Shown here in pieces: positions 37,384 to 44,563 of a stretch of DNA of 64,000 nt (the stretch's first letter is position 1; each line of letters opens with the position of its first letter). The DNA is from Anaerolineales bacterium (GTDB taxonomy: Bacteria; Chloroflexota; Anaerolineae; Anaerolineales; E44-bin32). The notes under the pieces are model-generated. The model worked only from the letters and a program-made list of their open reading frames with translations. It was not told where the DNA came from and ran no database searches. The translations under genes and the position numbers were made by a program. The DNA is taken from NCBI GenBank assembly GCA_037382465.1, contig JARRPX010000004.1, positions 76,204-140,203 of the forward strand, read 5' to 3'.

Positions 37384-39984
37384 ATGAGAACTCGCAAACA
37401 CATTTCCCAGGCCTGGCTGACCCTGGGCCTGCTGGCGATGATGACCCTCGCTTTTCCATTCCCAGCAGAAGCCAGCACCTTCGTCGTCAACACGGTCGAC
37501 GATCTCGACGACGGGACCTGCGACGCCGATCACTGTTCCCTGCGCGAGGCGATCAACGCCGCCAACGCCAACCCCGGCGCGGACACGATCGCCTTCGACA
37601 TTCCCGGCGCCGGACCGCACGTGATCGAACTGTGCAGTCTGCTGCCCAAACTCACCGACGGCGGGACGACGATCGACGGCACGACGGAACCGGGTTATGC
37701 GGGGACGCCTGTCATCACGCTGACGCCATCTGCAAATCCGAGTTGTGTAAGACCGCACATCGGCCTCTGGATCCAATCCGACGGGAACGTGATCCGCGGG
37801 CTGCACACCATCGACTTCATGCACCCCACCCTGCAGCACGAAACCGCCATCTACATCGAGCGCGGCGGCGGAAACTTGATCGAGTTGAATCACATCGGCT
37901 ACCAACCCACCTGTTCGCTCTTCAACACCCAATACGGCGTTCGCATCGATACCGACGCCGGCAACCAGCGCATTCTCAAAAACGTATTCAATTGCAACGG
38001 AACGGCAATCGACATCTGGGCCGGCAGCCACCTGATCCGGGACAATCTCATCGGCGTCGATCCTTCCGGCACTACGGCCATCCTCAACGGCCTGGGTATC
38101 TACGTTTACGAAACCGCCCACGGGTCAATCATCCAGGATAACGTGGTTTCGGGCAACATCAGCGCCATGGCGGTCTATTCGGACGACAACAAGATATTGG
38201 GCAACCGCGTCGGAACCGATTGGTCGACGAACATCGCCATCCCCAATCAGGGCGGCGTCCAGGTGAACGGTGATCACAACCGCATCGGCGGCACGAACCC
38301 CGGCGAAGCGAACATCATCGCCGCCAACACCAGCATCGGCCTCGATCTGTACTGCGGCGCGGAATACAACCAGGTGTACGGCAACATCATCGGCACCAAT
38401 CTCGCCGGAACTCTCATGATGGGCAACCAGTATGGTGTCACCATCATGGGGAACACGAACATCATCGGGGGAAACGGCCCGGGAGAAGCAAACCGCATCA
38501 TCTTCAGCCAGGAAGCCGGGCTCAGCCTGTACGCATTGGCGCACAAAAACCGCGTCATCGGAAACGAGATCGCCTACGGCCGCACGCAGGGCATTCTGGG
38601 TACGAGTTCGATGGGCTTTCCCGAATCCAACACCTTCAGCCGTAACAGCATCCACCACAATCGTGCCCTGGGAATCGATCTGGAACCCGCGGGTGTGACC
38701 CTGAACGACCCTGGGGACACGGACGTCGGCCCCAACACGCTGCTCAACTTCCCCGAGCTGCAGTCCGCCAATGTGAACACGGCGGAAGGAGACGCCTGCC
38801 CGGGCTGTACCGTGGAAATCTTCATCGCCGATTCGGGTCAAGGTGCGTTCGGCGAAGGCATGACGTATGTGGGAAGCGGCAACGCCGATTCGAGTGGTCA
38901 TTTCACGATACCGCTGAGCGGGGTCGGTTTCTGCGATCCGCTCACCGCCACCGCAACAGACGGCGCGGCCAACACCTCCGAATTCGCCAAGAACATCCTG
39001 GCCAGCTGTCTCACGCTCGTCTTCCCCTGGCCCGACCTCGTCTTACTGGCGTTCATTCTTACCGGCGCCCTGGGCAATGGACGTCGCAGCCGGGGCAAAT
39101 CGCCCGGCCGATTTGCCGCCGCCGGCGGTGCTGCTGGCGCAGTGTTCGGCATCGCCCTGCTGACCCTGGGCAGTACGCTTCCCAACGTGCACCTGGAACT
39201 GCTCCCTCCCAAAGAGGAATCGAAGATTGAACCACTATGCAGCGAGCTGCTTCTACCGGATGGGTACGCGCCGCCGGCCGGAACCGTTTTCCAAACCAGC
39301 GAGGACCCGCTGCTTTCCTGGACGCCAGGCCCCGGCGTCGCCGACGGGATCGTCTGGCAGGTAGAGTTAAGCGCACCGGACGGCTCGGGTGTGAATCAAA
39401 CGACGCAGGAGACAAGCATCGCCTTCAGCAGCTTCGCGCTCCCCGCTCAACCGGGGTTTTACCGCTGGCGTATCACCGCCGGAGAGGGCAACGCCCCAGG
39501 AATACTGGGGAAAGCGTTATGTTCACCGACTTCGTGGATGCCGTTTTCCCTCGAAGGGCCGCAGCGTGAGGAAACGCCTTCATCGACGCCGACCTCGACC
39601 CCCACGCCAACTCCCACAACGGAGTTATCCGCGTGTGTCTTCATCGCGCTGCAAAATGCCAACTGCCGGGAGAGCGACTACGTCGAATCGGACCAGATTG
39701 CCATTCTCATGCAGGGCGAGAGCGCCGGGTTGATCGCCTTGAATCCCGAATTTACGCACGGAGAGTTCGAGGTCGATCAGCATCAATGCTGGATCTGGCT
39801 CGGGTTGCTGGACGGCCCGGATAACCCGTACGGCACGTGCGGCGTTCCGGTCGTCGATCCGCCTCCGCCGCCGACGGCAACGCCGCCGGTCTGCACCCCG
39901 GATCTCGGCCAGGAAGACTGCGAAGCAAGCGGGGGCACTTGGTCCGGCGGCGTGACGGGCGCTGCGGCATGCATATGCCCGTAA
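37384..39984 (+). CDS. paralog 4 of the CSLREA/beta-helix, TM hairpin, Cys-rich module family
   Basis: ATG 37384 follows AAGGAG. TCDADHCSLREAI and LGIDLEPAGVTLNDPGDTDVGPNTLLNFP are present. The TM hairpin lies at about 39019-39180 with loop GNGRRSRGKSPG. The tail is CVFIALQNANCR...CWIWLGLLDGP...CICP. Confidence 0.8.
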   Translation: MRTRKHISQAWLTLGLLAMMTLAFPFPAEASTFVVNTVDDLDDGTCDADHCSLREAINAANANPGADTIAFDIPGAGPHVIELCSLLPKLTDGGTTIDGTTEPGYAGTPVITLTPSANPSCVRPHIGLWIQSDGNVIRGLHTIDFMHPTLQHETAIYIERGGGNLIELNHIGYQPTCSLFNTQYGVRIDTDAGNQRILKNVFNCNGTAIDIWAGSHLIRDNLIGVDPSGTTAILNGLGIYVYETAHGSIIQDNVVSGNISAMAVYSDDNKILGNRVGTDWSTNIAIPNQGGVQVNGDHNRIGGTNPGEANIIAANTSIGLDLYCGAEYNQVYGNIIGTNLAGTLMMGNQYGVTIMGNTNIIGGNGPGEANRIIFSQEAGLSLYALAHKNRVIGNEIAYGRTQGILGTSSMGFPESNTFSRNSIHHNRALGIDLEPAGVTLNDPGDTDVGPNTLLNFPELQSANVNTAEGDACPGCTVEIFIADSGQGAFGEGMTYVGSGNADSSGHFTIPLSGVGFCDPLTATATDGAANTSEFAKNILASCLTLVFPWPDLVLLAFILTGALGNGRRSRGKSPGRFAAAGGAAGAVFGIALLTLGSTLPNVHLELLPPKEESKIEPLCSELLLPDGYAPPAGTVFQTSEDPLLSWTPGPGVADGIVWQVELSAPDGSGVNQTTQETSIAFSSFALPAQPGFYRWRITAGEGNAPGILGKALCSPTSWMPFSLEGPQREETPSSTPTSTPTPTPTTELSACVFIALQNANCRESDYVESDQIAILMQGESAGLIALNPEFTHGEFEVDQHQCWIWLGLLDGPDNPYGTCGVPVVDPPPPPTATPPVCTPDLGQEDCEASGGTWSGGVTGAAACICP

Positions 39985-40040
39985 CGCCGGGCGAAAACGA
40001 GCGCCCTGAAATTGAAGGCGACGTTCTCGCGACGGGCATC

Positions 40041-40069
40041 TTGTCGAAACAGGCAGGCTGTTGTAGCAT
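40041..40069 (+). promoter_or_regulatory. sigma-70-like promoter of lipoprotein gene 1 (TTGTCG-N17-TAGCAT)
   Basis: The -35 is at 40041-40046 and the -10 at 40064-40069. The same architecture and flanking GTAGCATCCTGAT recur upstream of the paralog at 41401-41429. Confidence 0.5.
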
Positions 40070-40153
40070 CCTGATCCGAACTACTGGCCATTCACGCTCA
40101 ATGCCATGCCTGTTTAACAAAGAAGAAGATTTCAAAATGAAGGAGACAACAAG

Positions 40154-41299
40154 ATGAGCCTCTGGATTCGAACAAAAACAACAACTCTCGTCCTGATCCT
40201 TGCAGCAAGCCTGATCCTTTCGGCATGTCATTTCCCCGGTATGGGCGCCACCCCGGATCTGTTCGCCACGTCCGCAGCGCAAACCGTATCCGCCCGGCTG
40301 ACGCAGCCGGTAGAACCAGGTATAGACGGGACGACAGAGCCCGAGCCGCCCGTGATCGCCACGACTGAAGCGCCACCGACGGAAGAACCGCCTACCCCAA
40401 CGATTACGCTCACGCCTACGATCACGCAGACCACCATCCCCTGCGATCGCGCCGGCTTCGTTTCGGACGTCACCATCCCGGACGGGGAAGAACTGCAACC
40501 GAACGAGAGCTTCACCAAAACCTGGCGGTTGAAAAATAACGGCTCGTGTACCTGGACCTCCAGCTACGCGCTCATCTTCGACAGCGGCGATTCGATGAGC
40601 GGACCTGCATCCCAACAACTCACCAGTGGAACCGTGGCGCCTGGCGCCACGATGGACGTCTCCGTCGATCTGACCGCGCCAGGTTCACCGGGAACGTACA
40701 AGGGTTACTGGAAACTGCGCAACGGATCGGGTGTGAATTTCGGCATCGGAACGAGCGGCACGAATCCCTTCTGGGTCGAAATCGAGGTCGTTCCCAACAC
40801 CACCACGGTCACCCTGCCGATGAAAGAAATGGAAAGCGGACAGGTGGAATCCACCGGCTCAACCGGATTTGGAAGGTATGTGGGTGACAGCCACACGAAT
40901 ACATCCACACAAGCATTCGTCAGCTTCGATATCAGTGCGATACCGTCGGACGCCATCATCACCAAGGTTACGACGAAGGTCAGCAGCTACAATAAAACCG
41001 GAGATCCCTTTGGTGACCTGGGCGCATTATTCATCTTCAAGGATGATTACGGCAGCCTGGACGCAAGCGACTACGTCGGAAGTGTTCCGGGGAGCGGCCG
41101 GCTGATGTCCTGGTCTTCGACATCGAGCCTGGGAACCGAAACCGCCGACAACGATATGGTCAATGCACTGCAGAGCAAAGTGGGCAGCAGTCGCTTTAAA
41201 GTGCGATTCCAATTCGCCGATGACACAAATGGTGATCACGGCGCAGACTATCTGGAACTGGTCACGATTGTGATCAAGGTAACTTACTACACACCATAA
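40154..41299 (+). CDS. lipoprotein with NBR1-type Ig-like (FW-like) domain and a beta-rich C-terminal domain (paralog A)
   Basis: Lipobox is LILSAC, followed by a PT/E linker. The NBR1-Ig pattern is CDRAGFVSDVTIPDGEELQPNESFTKTWRLKNNGSCTWTSSYALIFDSGD...GTYKGYWKLRNGSGVNFG. The C-terminus reads ...LFIFKDDYGSLDASD...KVTYYTP. Confidence 0.8.
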   Translation: MSLWIRTKTTTLVLILAASLILSACHFPGMGATPDLFATSAAQTVSARLTQPVEPGIDGTTEPEPPVIATTEAPPTEEPPTPTITLTPTITQTTIPCDRAGFVSDVTIPDGEELQPNESFTKTWRLKNNGSCTWTSSYALIFDSGDSMSGPASQQLTSGTVAPGATMDVSVDLTAPGSPGTYKGYWKLRNGSGVNFGIGTSGTNPFWVEIEVVPNTTTVTLPMKEMESGQVESTGSTGFGRYVGDSHTNTSTQAFVSFDISAIPSDAIITKVTTKVSSYNKTGDPFGDLGALFIFKDDYGSLDASDYVGSVPGSGRLMSWSSTSSLGTETADNDMVNALQSKVGSSRFKVRFQFADDTNGDHGADYLELVTIVIKVTYYTP

Positions 41300-41320
41300 T
41301 TACCTGGCGTCAGGATGCTG

Positions 41321-41354
41321 ATCCCCGTCGAACTGATTCTCGGCGGGGATTTTC
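41321..41354 (+). terminator. rho-independent terminator after lipoprotein gene 1
   Basis: ATCCCCGTCG-N10-CGGCGGGGAT (9 of 10 bp paired), followed by TTTT. Confidence 0.6.
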
Positions 41355-41400
41355 CATGCTGCTCAAGAAAATTCTGAGCGCCAGATTAAGCGAACGCCAC

Positions 41401-41429
41401 TTGTCAAAATTGGCGGCTCACAGTAGCAT
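41401..41429 (+). promoter_or_regulatory. sigma-70-like promoter of lipoprotein gene 2 (TTGTCA-N17-TAGCAT)
   Basis: The -35 is at 41401-41406 and the -10 at 41424-41429. It is a paralogous copy of 40041-40069. Confidence 0.5.
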
Positions 41430-41513
41430 CCTGATACTGATTGCCGGCTTTGAATGATCATATTCTTAGCGGGTACACGGAGAAGAAGATATCAAAACGA
41501 AGGAGACACCAAG

Positions 41514-42659
41514 ATGAGCCTTCTGACTCGGATAAAAACTTCAACACTCGTCTTTATTCTTGCGGCCGGTTTGATTCTTTCGGCCTGTAATTTCCCCGGC
41601 ATGGGCGCTACCCCGGATCTGTTCGCCACATCGGCCGCACAGACGGTGTCCGCCCGTCTCACCCAACCGGTGGAACCCGGCAGCGTGGAAACGACAGAAC
41701 CTCCGCCGCCTGTGATCGCCACGACCGAAGCGCCGCCGACGGAGGAGCCCCCCACGCCGACCAAAACGCTGACACCCACGGTCACGAATACCACCATCCC
41801 CTGCGACCGCGCCGCCTTCGTTACGGACGTCACCGTACCCGACGGGGAGGAATTTGAACCGAACGAGAACTTCACCAAGACCTGGCGCCTGAAGAACGAT
41901 GGCTCCTGCACCTGGACCTCCAGCTATGCACTCATTTTCGACAGCGGTGATTCGATGGGAGGGCCCGCTTCCAAACAGCTCACCAGTGGAACCGTGGCGC
42001 CTGGTGCGACCATGGACGTCTCCGTCGATCTGACCGCGCCGAGCTCTCCGGGCACCTACAAAGGCTACTGGAAATTGCGCAACGGATCGGGAGTGAACTT
42101 CGGCATCGGCGCAGGAGGCACAAATCCCTTCTGGGTCGAAATCAAGGTCGTTCCCAACACGACAACGAAAACCGTTCCCCTCGTCGTCGGCGAAAGTGGG
42201 CAGGTGACCAAAGGCGGCTTCGTATTCGGAAACAAAATCGCCGGAGACAACGTAAGCAACGATTCCTCCCAGGCCTTCCTGAGTTTCAATATCACCGGAA
42301 TCCCGGCGGACGCCGTCATCACGGAAGTCGTGATCGACCTCGGCGATTTCACCGTGAGCGGAACGCCGTTCTCGGCGCTCGGGGCGCTCTTCATCTTCAA
42401 GGACGATTACGGCAGCCTGGACGCCTCCGATTTCGTCAGCAGCACACCCTCTTCCGGCCGGCTTATTTCCTGGAGCTCAAACTCGAGCCTGGGAAATGCC
42501 GTCTCGGATGCCGACATGGTCAATGCCCTCCAGACCAAGGTGGGGTCGAGTCGTTTCAAGCTGCGTCTGCAGTTCAACAAACAGACCGATAATGACAATG
42601 GAAACGATTACCTGACTTTCAACACGGTAATCCTCAAAGTCACCTACTACACGCCCTGA
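41514..42659 (+). CDS. lipoprotein with NBR1-type Ig-like domain and beta-rich C-terminal domain (paralog B)
   Basis: The ATG at 41514 follows GAAGGAGACACCAAG, the same leader as paralog A. The signal/lipobox is MSLLTRIKTSTLVFILAAGLILSAC. The N-terminal half is about 90% identical to paralog A by eye and the C-terminal half about 60%. Confidence 0.8.
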   Translation: MSLLTRIKTSTLVFILAAGLILSACNFPGMGATPDLFATSAAQTVSARLTQPVEPGSVETTEPPPPVIATTEAPPTEEPPTPTKTLTPTVTNTTIPCDRAAFVTDVTVPDGEEFEPNENFTKTWRLKNDGSCTWTSSYALIFDSGDSMGGPASKQLTSGTVAPGATMDVSVDLTAPSSPGTYKGYWKLRNGSGVNFGIGAGGTNPFWVEIKVVPNTTTKTVPLVVGESGQVTKGGFVFGNKIAGDNVSNDSSQAFLSFNITGIPADAVITEVVIDLGDFTVSGTPFSALGALFIFKDDYGSLDASDFVSSTPSSGRLISWSSNSSLGNAVSDADMVNALQTKVGSSRFKLRLQFNKQTDNDNGNDYLTFNTVILKVTYYTP

Positions 42660-42685
42660 CGCTGCGCAGCGGATAGATGTGAAAA

Positions 42686-42720
42686 ATCCCCGCGAAGTTC
42701 GAAGACTCGCGGGGATTTTC
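42686..42720 (+). terminator. rho-independent terminator after lipoprotein gene 2
   Basis: Perfect 10-bp stem ATCCCCGCGA / TCGCGGGGAT with an 11-nt loop, followed by TTTTC. Confidence 0.75.
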
Positions 42721-42810
42721 GCTCTTTATCGAGGTATATTTTGTGCAGATGCTTGCCGCATTCCAGCGGTTGAATTGGCAGATTCAAAGCACGCGTGATA
42801 GATTCAAGCT

Positions 42811-44487
42811 ATGGTTGCGAATGTACTCGTTGTTGAAGAGATGGAAGAATTCGGGTCTTTGATCCGCAATGCGCTGGAAGAAACCGGGCGGTATCAGGTG
42901 TCGCTGGCGATGAACGCAGACGAGGCGATCGAACTCGGAGATCGGGAGAATATCCACTTGCTGATTATCGACTTCGATCTCTCCGAAGCCGATGCGCCGG
43001 CCTGTATTCAACGCATCCAATCCACCAATCCGGACATGGCCATCATCGCCATTCCGCCCAACAACGACCCGCACGATCCTGCATTGTCGAATCTTCCAAT
43101 CCGCGGCATGCTGACGAAGCCCTTTTACCTTCCTGAACTCAACGAAATCGTCTCCGCAGCGATTGATCTGCCGACGCAGCCTGTGGCAACGGAACAGATC
43201 CAAGAATCCCTCCCACAGGAAGCCCCCTTCATCGAGGTCATGGACACGCCGGCACCCTGGGCGGACGACGCGGATCGAACCACGCAGTACCTCGCCAGGA
43301 TATGTGACGAAACGTCGGCCGAAGCGGTGATCCTCTTGCACCACGGCCGGCAATGGGCACAAACGGGTGGGATAACTGCGGATCAAGCCCAGGGACTCGC
43401 AGAAAAGATTGCTGAAATCGGAGTCGGCTCGGGCGCCCGCGGAGCCATTACCACTCTGACTCGCCTGCCGGGCACACAACGGGACTGCATCCTCTATGCC
43501 AACGGTTTGATGCCGAATTGGATTTTGGCGCTGATCTATCCCTCCGGCACGTCCTTCGGGATCATCCGCCGCCAGGCCAGACACGCCGCAGATAGACTCA
43601 AATACACCGATCTGTCCGGCCACGAGGAAGAACTGCCTCCTATAAAGGTATCCGCACCCGATACCGCACCGATTTCCACTCGAGCCGAAGAAGACATATC
43701 GTTCGATGAAATCTTCGATGCGGAACCGGAGACTCAAGAGATGCCGTTTTTCGAAGATCTCGACCTGCCTTCCATAAAGAAATCCGCACCCGATACCGCA
43801 CCAGTTTCCGCTCGAGACGAAGAAGAGACATCGTTCGACGAAATCTTCGATGCGGAACCGGAGGCCCAAGAGATGCCGTTTTTCGACGATCTCGACCTGC
43901 CCCCTCCGGAACCCGACGAAGCACCCGCAGAAATCGAAGAGCACCGGATTGAAGAAGCAGACACCGTCGCAGCGATCCCTGGGGATTGGGTGCCCGACAA
44001 ACCCAAACCCGAATCCCACCTGCCCTTTCTCGACGAGGACGCCTTCCCGGATTCGGACTCCACCCCGGATGCACAGGAACCAATCCCGCTGCCCGACGCG
44101 GAGTACTACCTTCCCGTAACTGCGGTGCTTGTACCCCGATTCCCGGAGCACCGCCTGACGGGCGCTCTTGCGGAAAATCTGCAGCAATGGGTGATTCGTC
44201 TCTGCCTGGCGTGGGATTGGCGTGCGGATGAAGTGTCGATCGAACCCGATTATCTCTGTCTGACGATGAGCATTTCCCAGGAGACTGCGCCATCGAATGC
44301 GGTATTCCGGCTTCGCGACGATCTTTCACAGCGAATACTCAGCGCGTTTCCGGAATTTGTGGACGACCTGCCCTCTCGACGATTTTGGGCTCGCAGCTAC
44401 CTGCTGATCACCGGTGGATCACCGCCGACGGAACGGCTGCATGCCTTCGTCGAAGCCACCCGCAAGGCCCAGGGCATCGAAATCTGA
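42811..44487 (+). CDS. multidomain protein: receiver (REC), Roadblock/LC7-like, 2 x 44-aa acidic repeats, catalytically dead IS200/IS605 TnpA-like (Y1/HUH fold) domain
   Basis: The REC domain reads VLVVEEMEE...LLIIDFDL...LTKPF. The Roadblock-like pattern is TTQYLARICDETSAEAVILLHHGRQW...NWILALIYPSGTSFGIIRRQARHAADRL. The C-terminal 44104-44487 is collinear with TnpA_IS200 (VLVPRFPEHRLTG / EPDYLCLT / SQRILSAFPEF / FWARSYLLITGG / AFVEATRKAQ). Confidence 0.8.
   Translation: MVANVLVVEEMEEFGSLIRNALEETGRYQVSLAMNADEAIELGDRENIHLLIIDFDLSEADAPACIQRIQSTNPDMAIIAIPPNNDPHDPALSNLPIRGMLTKPFYLPELNEIVSAAIDLPTQPVATEQIQESLPQEAPFIEVMDTPAPWADDADRTTQYLARICDETSAEAVILLHHGRQWAQTGGITADQAQGLAEKIAEIGVGSGARGAITTLTRLPGTQRDCILYANGLMPNWILALIYPSGTSFGIIRRQARHAADRLKYTDLSGHEEELPPIKVSAPDTAPISTRAEEDISFDEIFDAEPETQEMPFFEDLDLPSIKKSAPDTAPVSARDEEETSFDEIFDAEPEAQEMPFFDDLDLPPPEPDEAPAEIEEHRIEEADTVAAIPGDWVPDKPKPESHLPFLDEDAFPDSDSTPDAQEPIPLPDAEYYLPVTAVLVPRFPEHRLTGALAENLQQWVIRLCLAWDWRADEVSIEPDYLCLTMSISQETAPSNAVFRLRDDLSQRILSAFPEFVDDLPSRRFWARSYLLITGGSPPTERLHAFVEATRKAQGIEI
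43633..43896 (+). repeat. 2 x 132-bp in-frame tandem repeat inside the REC/TnpA-like gene
   Basis: Unit 1 (43633-43764) encodes LPPIKVSAPDTAPISTRAEEDISFDEIFDAEPETQEMPFFEDLD. Unit 2 (43765-43896) encodes LPSIKKSAPDTAPVSARDEEETSFDEIFDAEPEAQEMPFFDDLD. A third unit begins (CTGCCCCCTCC) but diverges. Confidence 0.9.
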
Positions 44488-44517
44488 CTCCCTGTTTCCC
44501 CCACGAATTGCGCCTGG

Positions 44518-44526
44518 TGCTACAAT
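44518..44526 (+). promoter_or_regulatory. possible extended -10 promoter (TGC-TACAAT) for polA
   Basis: TGCTACAAT lies 37 bp upstream of the polA ATG. No convincing -35 is present. Confidence 0.3.
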
Positions 44527-44563
44527 TTAATACCTCACCGATTATTCCAAGGGAGCGTCCAGG

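Noticed and set aside
39865-39984. That the identical protein tails of paralogs 3 and 4 result from very recent gene conversion or an assembly duplication.
   Set aside because: The two DNA segments differ at 10 of 39 codons, 8 of them synonymously. They are therefore distinct, anciently diverged copies kept similar by selection.
43633-43896. Whether the tandem repeats here and at 4234-4302 are a CRISPR-like or other non-coding repeat array.
   Set aside because: There are only two or three directly abutting units with no spacers. The units are in frame inside long ORFs and are conserved at the protein level. These are coding repeats.
42784-44187. A 467-aa ORF antisense to the REC/TnpA-like gene. 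It is the longest unexplained ORF in the track.
   Set aside because: Its translation is Arg/Gly/Phe/Cys-rich and motif-free. The plus-strand frame carries recognisable REC, Roadblock-like and TnpA-like patterns, an in-frame tandem repeat and a sensible start. I treat it as a shadow ORF.
44104-44487. An IS200/IS605-type insertion sequence (mobile element).
   Set aside because: The TnpA-like segment is the C-terminal domain of a larger in-frame protein. It lacks the HUH histidines and the catalytic Tyr. It has no tnpB, no flanking subterminal hairpins that I can see, and no second copy in the window. I annotated it as a domesticated domain, not a mobile element.
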